A stretch of 41,451 bases of DNA, from positions 1 through 41,451 of the forward strand of contig JAYZAL010000004.1 in assembly GCA_036339735.1 (NCBI GenBank), in the 5' to 3' direction. The notes under the pieces were generated by a model. That model made no database searches. It worked only from the letters and a program-made list of their open reading frames with translations, and was not told the DNA's origin. This document shows positions 1 to 9,303 of this stretch, piece by piece. This stretch comes from Candidatus Poribacteria bacterium. Lineage in GTDB: Bacteria > Poribacteria > WGA-4E > UBA9662. The position numbers and the translations under genes were made by a program. The first letter of the stretch is position 1, and each line of letters opens with the position of its first letter.

Positions 1-8
1 GATTTAAA

Positions 9-2192
9 ATGTCAAAGCTTAGATCTACTGACCTCGTAAAAATAGAAATACTCTCTTTGATAACAATACTACTATTGTGTTGCTCAATAGATTATTCCTA
101 TTCATCTCAGGAAGCACTAAATAGTGTTGAACTCAACGGTAACTTTGTTACTGATTGGTGGGTTATGGAAAAAATTCATAGACGCCTCCCAGAAGATGTT
201 CATCTTAGCCAGGTAACTCTTCCTATTCTAGAAGATTTCCCGCTTGATTTAGACTCAAAAGAGACCCAGAAAAATTGGCACCTTTATAGATCTCCAGATT
301 CAGTTGTCAGATTATTTGGGGGGCATGGCGGCAAAAAAATTCATAAAAAACAGGCACAAGATCAGCTGTTGACAGCTTACGCTTACCAAAATTTAATCAA
401 TAAAGAAGAAAAAAAAATCTGTGTCTCTTTGGGTAGTACTGACGAAGCTAAACTCTGGTTGAATGGACATGTATTAGAACCAACTGATAAACAGAAGAAT
501 CCGAAATTTTTGATTAATCAGTATTGGGTTAACTTGCCTGTTGGAGAGAATTGGATATTGATTTCCATACCACATGAACAAGGCCACGGTGGTTTTACTT
601 TTCAAATTGGAGGTACTCCTCTAATGCAAGCAAAAGTGAGATCTAACTTGGTTCGAGAAACGACCACCTTTCAGTTTTCAGTCCTAGGGTTTTCATTAGC
701 CTTAGGTATTTTACACTTTTTTATTTTTTTATTTTATCGCTCAGAACACGAAAATCTGTATTATGCTATTTATGTCTTGTTCAGTGGATTCACTTTTTTT
801 CTTTGGTTCTCATCTGCTGAGCCATACTTCACCCATCCCGTAACAATATTTTACGCTTCCTTTGCTATTTCTTGGCTAGCCGCCTTGCGATTTGTGTACT
901 CAGTTTCACTACGCTCACTACCTAGACAATTTTACCTATTTCTTTTTTTATGGGTACTAGTTTTTATCAGTAAAATTCCCTTACAGCTTAACTTAGTTGC
1001 CCCACAAAATTACGAGCTCTTTCAACGTATTTACCACATAACTGCGATTACTCAGTTGATTGAGATGTTTCGGGTAATGGCTAACCTCTATCAACAAAAA
1101 AAAGAGCGGTCTGGGATTTTAATTCTTGGCATCCTTATATTTGAGCTGACCATTTTCTATAATGTATTGATCGACTTCGGAGTACTTAACAAACGGTCAT
1201 ACTCACAATTGATAGTAGCTACTGGTTACGCTTTTAACCTAGTTTGTTACTCAATTTTTTTAGCAAGAGAAGTAGCAATCAATAACAGACAGTTACATAC
1301 TCTCAACAAAAAATTGACCCAGATAAATGAGGCTATTTTTCGTTTTGTACCAAGGAAAATGTTGTACTATATTGGCGAAGAAGATATTGTCTCTCTCAGC
1401 CTAAGTGCCCAAAAACAACACAATATGACTGTTTTATTTGCAGATGTAAGAGATTTTACAACTTTATCCGAAGGTATGTCACCATCCGAAAATTTTAATT
1501 TCATTAATGTTTTACTAAATGAGATTGGACCTATTATTCGTCAAGAAAATGGCTTTATTGATAAATACATGGGAGATGCCATTATGGCACTGTTCCCCGA
1601 ATCTGCTGACGATGCTGTCAGAGCTGGTATACAAATACTAAAAACCGTAAAAGCATTTAATCAACAGCGCCAATCATCAAGAAAGCCTCCTATTAAAATG
1701 GGAGTTGGTATTCATACTGGAGAGTTAATGCTCGGTATTATCGGTGAAAGTGAAAGGATCGAGGGAACAGTTATCTCAGACGTGGTCAACATCAGTGCTA
1801 GATTAGAAGGTTTGACGAAACGATATGACTGTGAAATGTTGGTTAGCCAAGAGACCCTTGAGTTACTTATCTCAGATAATGATTACCGATCCCGTTTTGT
1901 AGAACGTGTAAAAGTTAAAGGTCGACAAGGAGTAGTCAATGTCTATGAGATATATGATGCGGATTCAGAAAAATTGAAAGCTAGTAAAGCTAAAACAAAT
2001 AACCAACTGCAAGTTGGTATCAGTCATTATTACCAAGCCGACTTTAGTACCAGTACGAAAGTTATGAAAGATATCTTGTCGACTTTTCCTGAAGACCCAG
2101 TAGCTAAACTCTATTTGCACCGATCACAGCATTATTTGCAAACTGGCACCCCTGATAACTGGAATGGAATCTTTCAAATGGAGCATAAGTAA
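9..2192 (+). CDS. Membrane-bound class III adenylate cyclase: extracytoplasmic beta-sandwich domain + 7TM-DISM-like region + cyclase domain
   Basis: VLFADVRDFT, DKYMGDAIMALF (ATP-specifying Lys), GIHTG, GTVISDVVNISARLE; about seven hydrophobic segments including FFIFLFYRSEHENLYYA; N-terminal signal/TM helix. The start is close to the window edge. Confidence 0.9.
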   Translation: MSKLRSTDLVKIEILSLITILLLCCSIDYSYSSQEALNSVELNGNFVTDWWVMEKIHRRLPEDVHLSQVTLPILEDFPLDLDSKETQKNWHLYRSPDSVVRLFGGHGGKKIHKKQAQDQLLTAYAYQNLINKEEKKICVSLGSTDEAKLWLNGHVLEPTDKQKNPKFLINQYWVNLPVGENWILISIPHEQGHGGFTFQIGGTPLMQAKVRSNLVRETTTFQFSVLGFSLALGILHFFIFLFYRSEHENLYYAIYVLFSGFTFFLWFSSAEPYFTHPVTIFYASFAISWLAALRFVYSVSLRSLPRQFYLFLFLWVLVFISKIPLQLNLVAPQNYELFQRIYHITAITQLIEMFRVMANLYQQKKERSGILILGILIFELTIFYNVLIDFGVLNKRSYSQLIVATGYAFNLVCYSIFLAREVAINNRQLHTLNKKLTQINEAIFRFVPRKMLYYIGEEDIVSLSLSAQKQHNMTVLFADVRDFTTLSEGMSPSENFNFINVLLNEIGPIIRQENGFIDKYMGDAIMALFPESADDAVRAGIQILKTVKAFNQQRQSSRKPPIKMGVGIHTGELMLGIIGESERIEGTVISDVVNISARLEGLTKRYDCEMLVSQETLELLISDNDYRSRFVERVKVKGRQGVVNVYEIYDADSEKLKASKAKTNNQLQVGISHYYQADFSTSTKVMKDILSTFPEDPVAKLYLHRSQHYLQTGTPDNWNGIFQMEHK

Positions 2193-2678
2193 TCTAAGCT
2201 TCTAATATTGCGGAATACTAATGATTTTCTGAAGATAGTTATTTCTGGTTGGTCCAATTTTGAGTTGTTGGTTATTTATTATTTTGTGAACTAGATTGTT
2301 TTGCATCTATGTTTTAGGCAAAACTGAGATAGGTAGAGTATACTAGTGAATCACGAAGTTTTAACCAATTAATACATGATCGATTGAGTCTGGATTTCTG
2401 AATCGAATCTATTTGGTAAAATAATCTTGCGTCGATTATATACCGAAAGCCTATTTCCATTTATGTGAATCTGATTAGTACTTAGTACAAAAATCACTAC
2501 ATCTGGAAATGAGAATCTATTTAAAAATAAACATGGAGCAGCCAAAGATCAGCGGTAATGATCTTGAGTTCTCAAGTTAGAAGGTGTCGACAAAATAGCA
2601 GGGGCGTGGTGCTTGAGTTTTTCAATATGATCACTAAGCTTCGTACTTAGTTATACTTACATTTCTTAGGAGAATAAG

Positions 2679-3713
2679 ATGGTTAATGTTGTAGTTGTTG
2701 GGTATGGATTTGCTGGACGATGCTTCCATACTTATCTAGCAAATTTGGCAGAAGGAATGTCGATTTATGGCATTGCAACGAGGGATCAAAGTCGCCAGAA
2801 ACAGGCAAGTACAGATTATCCTGCGGCTAAGATATACGCTCATTTAGACCAAGTATTGGATGATAAGTCAGTTGATTTGGTAATATTAGCAACTCCTCAT
2901 CATGTCCATGCTGAAATGGCAATTCAGGCTATGAAAGCAGGAAAGCACGTGGTAACAGATAAGATCATGTGTATGAATGCTGGTGAAGCTGAGGCGATGA
3001 TCGCCGCAAGTAAAGAAAACGATGTGCTGCTCAGTGTTTTTCATAACCGCCGGTGGGATTGGGATTACCTAACAGTCAAAAAAGCTATCGCCGATGGTTT
3101 ATTGGGCGAACCGTATCTCTATCAGGTCGGTATTATGAGGTATGGTGCACCAGGTGGTTGGCGTGGTTCGAAAGAACAAAGCGGCGGTATTCTTTTTGAT
3201 TGGCCAGCTCACTTTGTTGACCAAGCCTTACAATTGGTTGACTCATCAGTTGTAAGTGTTTTTTGTGATATACATTATAACCATCATTGGAATGTTGATA
3301 TTGGTAATTACGCCAATCTTATTTTGAAGTATGAAAATGGTGCTCGATACCAGATTGAGATTAGCAATCTTGCTCATGGACCGAAACCAAGATGGTATAT
3401 AGAAGGAAATTTGGGAGGACTCGTTAAATTCGGGCTAGATCCGCAGGAACCAGCGATGATTGCAGGTAATATTGACGCTGCTGAGCAAGTACGAGAAAAT
3501 TTTGCTCAGGTAACAACTGTCGCTAGTGGTAAAACAGAAGAACTGACTATTGAGCCTTCGCGCGGTTCTTGGAAATCCTATTACCAAAATATTGCTGATG
3601 TGCTAAATCACGGTTCCGAACTAGTCGTGCGTCCAGACCAAATTCTTGAAGTCATGAAAGTCTATGATGCTGCCATGAAATCTTCAGAAAGTGGTCAGGT
3701 TATCTCTTTATGA
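2679..3713 (+). CDS. Gfo/Idh/MocA family oxidoreductase
   Basis: VVGYGFAG Rossmann motif, LATPHHVH, GKHVVTDK, FHNRRWD, GGILFDWPAHFVD; AGGAG ribosome-binding site upstream. Confidence 0.92.
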   Translation: MVNVVVVGYGFAGRCFHTYLANLAEGMSIYGIATRDQSRQKQASTDYPAAKIYAHLDQVLDDKSVDLVILATPHHVHAEMAIQAMKAGKHVVTDKIMCMNAGEAEAMIAASKENDVLLSVFHNRRWDWDYLTVKKAIADGLLGEPYLYQVGIMRYGAPGGWRGSKEQSGGILFDWPAHFVDQALQLVDSSVVSVFCDIHYNHHWNVDIGNYANLILKYENGARYQIEISNLAHGPKPRWYIEGNLGGLVKFGLDPQEPAMIAGNIDAAEQVRENFAQVTTVASGKTEELTIEPSRGSWKSYYQNIADVLNHGSELVVRPDQILEVMKVYDAAMKSSESGQVISL

Positions 3714-3739
3714 AGTAATAAATACAAGTCAAAGCCGTA

Positions 3740-3770
3740 AACGAACTATGAACAGTTTCGTTCTCTTTTT
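3740..3770 (+). terminator. Possible weak intrinsic terminator after the oxidoreductase (or an activator dyad)
   Basis: Imperfect stem AACGAACT/AGTTTCGTT followed by CTCTTTTT. Confidence 0.3.
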
Positions 3771-3838
3771 GAACAACCTTCATTAGATGAATACCTAATA
3801 AAGGCGAATAGTGTAGAACTTGACTTGGCGGGAGCCAT

Positions 3839-3854
3839 TGGCACAGTCGTTGCT
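3839..3854 (+). promoter_or_regulatory. sigma54 (RpoN) -24/-12 promoter
   Basis: TGGCAC-AGTCG-TTGCT matches TGGCAC-N5-TTGCW with exact GG-N10-GC spacing, about 45 bp upstream of a GGAG..GTG start. Confidence 0.8.
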
Positions 3855-3897
3855 TAATGTTTCGCTTGCTAAACTGATATATTTTTGGAGCTACAAC

Positions 3898-5115
3898 GTG
3901 AACCAAATTGCATGGGTACTCGTTTTTGTTTTAACCTGTACTTTTCTTTCATCAGCACAACTTTCACCAAATCCAAATGACCTAAGTAATACCGATTTAG
4001 ATACTACTTTCGATCAATACCAAATGCGCCGAGAGTTAAACTCTCGTGTCCTAGAAACTATTAATCAGGGTTTACGGTGGTTAGAGCTACAACAAAGTAC
4101 CGATGGGTTATTTCACAACCATCCTGGGATTACAGGTTTGGTGATTACGGCTTTCCTCAGACATCCAAAAGATGTCTATTCAGAATCATCTCATCCATTT
4201 ATCAAAAAATCGCTGTCAGCCCTTTTAGAAATGCAGCAAGAAAACGGGGGCATTTACGATGTTAATAAGCAACCAGCATTACCTAACTATAATACTAGTG
4301 TTGCCTTGATGGCACTCTCTGCAGCCAAAAATAATGCATACGAAGAAGCAATTAGTCGGGCACAGCAGTACATTAAAGGAAACCAGCAAATAGACGAAAA
4401 AAGTCCATACTACGGTGGTATTGGTTATGGTAGTCGTAGCGATGTCTACGATTTGTCTAATTTGACATATGCTATTCAAGCCTTGAAGGATAGTGATGAA
4501 GATGATGCTGAGGTGTGGAGTAAAGCAGTTAAATTTTTGGAACGCTGTCAAAATAGAAGTGAAAGTAATGATTTGGCTTGGGCTGGCGATGATGGTGGAT
4601 TTGTATATGCCCCAAGTGGTGAAAGCAAGGCTGGTGATACCAAATCTTATGGTAGTATGACTTATGCTGGGTTGCTTAGTTTTATTCATGCAAAAGTTGA
4701 TGCTACAGATCCACGCGTTGAGGATGCTTTTGAATGGATTCGAAATAACTATCGAATTGACGAAAATCCAGGAATGGGCCAACAGGGTATCTTTTATCAC
4801 TATCATACAATGGCTAAAGCTTTGACTGTCTATGAAAAAACCAAAGGTGGTTTTTTGACCGATGTACAAGGGCAGACCCACTTCTGGTTTAAAGATCTAG
4901 CAGAAGAACTAATGAATCGAAAAATTGAAGATGAACTCGTTGCTAAAGAAGATATTATAGATGTCACGAACCCCGGCCAACTTTTGGCCAAAAAAGGTGA
5001 GTTAGTAAAATTGTCCTACTGGAAAAATGAAGAAAGTCGGTGGATGGAAAGGGACCCACTCTTAGTAACAGCTTACGCGATTTTAGCTCTTGAAGTTGGT
5101 TTAAGTATAGAATAA
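3898..5115 (+). CDS. Exported prenyltransferase/squalene-hopene-cyclase-repeat (alpha/alpha barrel) protein, copy A
   Basis: QW-like repeats QQSTDGLF, QQENGGIY, YGGIGYG, DGGFVYAP; SYGSMTYAGLLS, NPGMGQQGIFYHY, WMERDPLLVTAY. Start moved from 3820 to GTG 3898 because GGAG lies at 3887-3890, a signal peptide follows, and the sigma54 site lies inside the longer ORF. Confidence 0.82.
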   Translation: MNQIAWVLVFVLTCTFLSSAQLSPNPNDLSNTDLDTTFDQYQMRRELNSRVLETINQGLRWLELQQSTDGLFHNHPGITGLVITAFLRHPKDVYSESSHPFIKKSLSALLEMQQENGGIYDVNKQPALPNYNTSVALMALSAAKNNAYEEAISRAQQYIKGNQQIDEKSPYYGGIGYGSRSDVYDLSNLTYAIQALKDSDEDDAEVWSKAVKFLERCQNRSESNDLAWAGDDGGFVYAPSGESKAGDTKSYGSMTYAGLLSFIHAKVDATDPRVEDAFEWIRNNYRIDENPGMGQQGIFYHYHTMAKALTVYEKTKGGFLTDVQGQTHFWFKDLAEELMNRKIEDELVAKEDIIDVTNPGQLLAKKGELVKLSYWKNEESRWMERDPLLVTAYAILALEVGLSIE

Positions 5116-5138
5116 GAAATAAGGGTCTTTCTCTTCAT

Positions 5139-6437
5139 ATGATGTGGACCAGATGGTTCAGAACAATTCTAGTTTGTTTCACGCTATTAATAACAATAGC
5201 AGTTCGAGGTGAAGTTTCAAATACAAGCCTGACTGATGCGTTCGATTACTACGAAGTCAGGAGAAGCCTAAGCCCGTTAATTATTGACAGTATTGACCAA
5301 GGTTTGCGGTGGTTAGAAATTCAACAAGGTCCAGATGGATTGTTTCACGGACAGGTAGGTATTACTGCCTTGGTCGTAGCAGCCTTCTTAAAACACCCAG
5401 AACAAAAATACAACCTGCGTACGCACCCATTTTTGCAGAGGTCAGTCAGCGCACTAACAAACTATTCAAATTTAGATGGTAGTATCTGTGACACGAGCTT
5501 ACTACAGATGGCTCATCCCAGTTATACGACGAGTGTTTGTCTTTTAGCACTGGCAGCTACCAATAGCCGTAATTATTATCAGCAAATTCGAGATGGTCGA
5601 ACTTTTCTCAAAAGTTTGCAAATGGTACAGATCGATAGAAAAGATGAAGATAATAGTCGATATTTCGGTGGAATTAATTATGGTATTGATCAAGAGGCGA
5701 ATTATGACTTATCTAACTTGAGCTTAGCTTTACTCGGACTGAGTGAAACACGTAACTACATGACAAAAGTAATGGAACAAACATTGCCTGATGACAGCTC
5801 ATTTTTGAGTAATGCAAAAGAATTTATATTTAATTGCCAGTCCAATGAAGTTAACGAAGGCTCTTGGGGAACCAATCTTGGTTCGAATCATTATGGAGGG
5901 TTTGTTTATTCACCAAATGGTGAGAGTAAAACAATGATCACCGGCAAACCTTACGGTAGTATGACAGCCGCGGGTCTACTTAGTCTTATGCATGTGGGTA
6001 CTAAGAATGGGCGTGTAAGAGATGCTTTTGAATGGATTTGCAATAACTGGCGATTAGACAAAAATCCGGGTATGAGTAAAAATCAAGCAACAAAAGGACT
6101 ATACTACTATTACTATAATTTGGCCTTGGCCTTGGCTGCCTACGAAGAAATACGAACGATAAAAAAAGGTCAAATTATATTTGGACAGGGGCAGCCCAAA
6201 ACTTTTTGGTTTCAGGAACTAGCTGAAGCTTTGATCAAAAGAAAAATTGTTAATTCGGTAGTTGCAAATCAGAATATTCCTGATCCTGCTAACTCAAACG
6301 AGTCCATTTTTTATGTTGGTGATAGAGTCGATTTGGCTTACTGGCGTAACCAAAACAGTTTTTGGATGGAACGGGATACAGTACTGACGACGGCATATGC
6401 AATTCTAGCTTTAGAAGTGATAATGAGTACTGAGTAG
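5139..6437 (+). CDS. Exported prenyltransferase/squalene-hopene-cyclase-repeat protein, copy B (tandem paralog)
   Basis: Colinear with copy A: QGLRWLEIQQGPDGLFH, YFGGINYG, YDLSNL, GGFVYSP, YGSMTAAGLLS, NPGM, WMERDTVLTTAYAILALEV; N-terminal signal peptide. Confidence 0.82.
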   Translation: MMWTRWFRTILVCFTLLITIAVRGEVSNTSLTDAFDYYEVRRSLSPLIIDSIDQGLRWLEIQQGPDGLFHGQVGITALVVAAFLKHPEQKYNLRTHPFLQRSVSALTNYSNLDGSICDTSLLQMAHPSYTTSVCLLALAATNSRNYYQQIRDGRTFLKSLQMVQIDRKDEDNSRYFGGINYGIDQEANYDLSNLSLALLGLSETRNYMTKVMEQTLPDDSSFLSNAKEFIFNCQSNEVNEGSWGTNLGSNHYGGFVYSPNGESKTMITGKPYGSMTAAGLLSLMHVGTKNGRVRDAFEWICNNWRLDKNPGMSKNQATKGLYYYYYNLALALAAYEEIRTIKKGQIIFGQGQPKTFWFQELAEALIKRKIVNSVVANQNIPDPANSNESIFYVGDRVDLAYWRNQNSFWMERDTVLTTAYAILALEVIMSTE

Positions 6438-6645
6438 TCTTAGTTTTGATGAATTGTTAAACTTGTAAAAATTCCTTTTATGCGGTGTTAACACAGCTGT
6501 ATAAACTGCCATCTGAGGAAGCCACTAGGATCAAATGATGATGTCAGGATATCAAGCGACGCTTGAGTATTATGTAGACGGATAACTTAACAATACGAAT
6601 TCCTGATTTTTAATTGTTCTGCCAAAAAAACTTGATTAGTTGTCA

Positions 6646-8667
6646 ATGAAATTTGTCGCCCAAATATTGAGTTACTTTATGTGTGCTTGTTTGGGCTTAC
6701 AGCCTTGGGCCTCAGATATACCAATCGGATTACCACCTATCACTGTTACACCTAGCCAGTTTACTATACAATCAGGAACAATCCTTAATCAACGACTATC
6801 AAAAACCGAGATTCAGTCATTTCCCTTGGTCGATAACGATATCCTGCGAGCAGCACAGGTCTTTCCTGGTGTAGTCTCTCACGATTATAGTGCTAGGTTC
6901 AATGTTCGAGGTGGCGAACGGGACGAAGTTTTAGTACGTTTGGACGGTATGGAACTACGAGAACCTTTCCATTTACGGGATTTCGGTGGTGCAATTTCGA
7001 TTATTGATCTCAACCTGATTCAGCAGTTTGATTTGATGATGGGCGGTTTCCCCGCTAAATATGGCGATACAATGTCAAGCGTGGTTGAAATTAAAACCGA
7101 TAGATCTATCCCGGAAAAGAGTGTAGGGTTGATTAGTCTGGATTTACTGAATGCTACAGCTCAATTGGAAGGACCAATTGGTCATACTGGTAGTTGGTTA
7201 CTGTCGGCTCGTCGTGGTTATTTTGATCTTTTACTTGATTTGATTGAAGCCGAGGATGTACCGCGGCCAACCTATGCCGACTTATTTGGTAAGCTCTATT
7301 GGGAGCTAAGTGATGAAAATCAAATAACATTAAATGCAATTTTTGCTCTAGATAATAACCAGATGATACCGGAAGAAATGAATTCGAAATTGACTTCAGA
7401 ATATACTAATAATCTATTTTGGGGACAATTTCGAAGGACACATAGCTCGAAATTCTGGACTCAAGCTTATATGTTTTCCGGGTTCCAAACCCATGATCGA
7501 CGATACGACTACAACCGTTATGATGAACGAGAATTTACCTTTGTTGGAGGTAAAATAGAGTCGACTTATCTTCAAGCCAAAGACTCAGCGATTAACCATC
7601 AACTTGATGCTGGCCTAGAGTGGCGTTGGACAGAAAGTATATACGATTACCGACTAAGACAGTCTATGCAGCAAATAAATGCTGAAGGTTGGGATTTCAA
7701 GGCATATCTTCAGCATGAGTGGCAAATATCACCCTACGTAGCACTTAATACAGGTGCTCGGGGACTATATCGGAAATATCAAACGAAAAGTAATGAACCA
7801 AATCCATTAGGTTTTGATCTGTCACCAAGATTAAGTTTAGCCCTACGACCATATCAGGGCATGGTAATTCGATTGGCTTGGGGGAAGTACCATCAGCCGG
7901 TTAGTCTAACTTCTATTCCTATCGCTCGTTATTCTAGACTAGTGAATCCTTCAGAAGTAGCGAGCCATTATATAGCTGGTGTAGAATTAAGTGGTGATCT
8001 AGTTGGCGTATATGACAAGTTTTTAGTTACTGGTGAATTGTACAGGAAAAAATACGATAATTTAGTAGGAGAAGTTGAAGATTTAGGCCGAAAAAGCCAA
8101 AATCTACGATACCCGAATCGAGGGTTAGCTATCGGTGGCGACGTATTGTTTTCTAGTCTGGTTGCCAAAAGGCTGAAAGTTAGTCTGGGCTATTCCTATG
8201 GGAAAGCTCAAGCCAGTTTAGCTAATACTGATACTAGTTACTTTCGCGACTATGACCAACGACACTCAGTTTTAGCAAATTTAGGCTGGCTGTTTTCCGA
8301 CGGTTGGTGTTTGCATACGACCTGGTCATTTCATACAGGTAGGCCTTATACCGAGTTGAGAGCTGAGCCGATTTGGCTAAACGGTCAACTCAAAGACTGT
8401 GAGTCTATGTTTCATGGGCCTATCAATGCTAGTAGATTGCCGAATTATCATAGTTTGGATCTACGTTTAACCAGAACAAAAAGTAATCAGAAACTATCAC
8501 TGAGTTGGTACGTTCAAGTACTAAACCTTTATAATCACCAAAACGTTCACGAATATGCAGTGACTGCTGTCTATAGGGACGATCAGAATCTGATTCTGGA
8601 TTGTCAAGTCGAAGCAGAGCCACTACTACCAGTTTTGCCACTGTTTGGTGCCGAAGTCCGTTTTTAA
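6646..8667 (+). CDS. TonB-dependent outer membrane receptor
   Basis: Plug motifs DILRAAQVFPGV, FNVRGGERDE, GGFPAKYG; barrel motifs SPRLSL, DQRH, RLPNYHSLDLR, NLYNHQN; C-terminal Phe (GAEVRF). Alternative TTG start at 6640. Confidence 0.9.
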   Translation: MKFVAQILSYFMCACLGLQPWASDIPIGLPPITVTPSQFTIQSGTILNQRLSKTEIQSFPLVDNDILRAAQVFPGVVSHDYSARFNVRGGERDEVLVRLDGMELREPFHLRDFGGAISIIDLNLIQQFDLMMGGFPAKYGDTMSSVVEIKTDRSIPEKSVGLISLDLLNATAQLEGPIGHTGSWLLSARRGYFDLLLDLIEAEDVPRPTYADLFGKLYWELSDENQITLNAIFALDNNQMIPEEMNSKLTSEYTNNLFWGQFRRTHSSKFWTQAYMFSGFQTHDRRYDYNRYDEREFTFVGGKIESTYLQAKDSAINHQLDAGLEWRWTESIYDYRLRQSMQQINAEGWDFKAYLQHEWQISPYVALNTGARGLYRKYQTKSNEPNPLGFDLSPRLSLALRPYQGMVIRLAWGKYHQPVSLTSIPIARYSRLVNPSEVASHYIAGVELSGDLVGVYDKFLVTGELYRKKYDNLVGEVEDLGRKSQNLRYPNRGLAIGGDVLFSSLVAKRLKVSLGYSYGKAQASLANTDTSYFRDYDQRHSVLANLGWLFSDGWCLHTTWSFHTGRPYTELRAEPIWLNGQLKDCESMFHGPINASRLPNYHSLDLRLTRTKSNQKLSLSWYVQVLNLYNHQNVHEYAVTAVYRDDQNLILDCQVEAEPLLPVLPLFGAEVRF

Positions 8668-8815
8668 AGCCGGCATTGTAGAGATTTTTCAGAACGACAA
8701 AAATAGAAAAAGCTTAGGAGTTATAATTGAAGACCAGTCAATTTTCAGTTTTATCTTTTGCCATTCTTTCAATTCACTTTAAATTGAAACTTATTTTGGA
8801 AAAGAGATATTGTCA

Positions 8816-9253
8816 ATGCTAAGACTCGTCAAAAAAGTTTTTCAAGATTTACTTGACGGCTATCCGTTCGAGAGACCCTACATCCCCAAATCTGCACCCA
8901 GTGCTGAGGAGGCTATTTTGCCCTTCAATCCAGCTGATTACTCTATTGAGCCAGAAGTATTAAAACAAATGATAGATGACTGTGAGGACTTTGTCTTGCT
9001 AGATGTGCGAGAGGTATGGGAAAACAAAATTGTACAACTACCAGAGACCATACTAATCCCACTAAAAGAATTGCCAAAGCGAGTGAATGAGTTATCTTTG
9101 CGACAGGAGATCGTGGTGTATTGCCATCATGGAGTAAGAAGCCTCGATGCAGTTTATTTACTCAGGCAACTTGGATTCAAGAAAGCAACTAGCTTAATCG
9201 GTGGGATTGACCAATGGTCTCGCGAAATTGATCCTACAATCACCCGATACTGA
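8816..9253 (+). CDS. Rhodanese-domain sulfurtransferase (like the MoeZ/MoeB C-terminal domain)
   Basis: LLDVRE.WE, active-site loop YCHHGVRS, SLIGGIDQWSREIDP..RY. Alternative TTG start at 8810. Confidence 0.88.
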   Translation: MLRLVKKVFQDLLDGYPFERPYIPKSAPSAEEAILPFNPADYSIEPEVLKQMIDDCEDFVLLDVREVWENKIVQLPETILIPLKELPKRVNELSLRQEIVVYCHHGVRSLDAVYLLRQLGFKKATSLIGGIDQWSREIDPTITRY

Positions 9254-9303
9254 ATCAACAACCCGACGGAGTCTGTAACACTTACTCAGTCGGGTTGTTG
9301 ATT
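9253..9303. terminator. 20-bp inverted repeat between convergent genes; probable bidirectional terminator
   Basis: AATCAACAACCCGACGGAGT (9253-9272) and ACTCAGTCGGGTTGTTGATT (9284-9303) are complementary at 19 of 20 positions, with an 11-nt loop. Confidence 0.65.

Noticed and set aside
3820-3897. N-terminal extension of the 431-aa ORF from TTG 3820
   Set aside because: It overlaps the sigma54 promoter, and GTG 3898 has an SD and gives a clean signal peptide.
4279-4881. 200-aa minus-strand ORF
   Set aside because: It lies wholly antisense to a well-supported gene and has no recognisable motifs; a shadow ORF.
6470-6560. Possible cobalamin riboswitch before the TBDR (GCCACT and GTCAGGA fragments)
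   Set aside because: The core elements (AGGGAA, GGGAAG, AGACCTGC) and a supporting helix pattern are missing.
6640-8818. Identical TTGTCAATG at the starts of the TBDR and rhodanese genes
   Set aside because: Only 9 bp including the ATG, with no shared flanks; plausibly chance.
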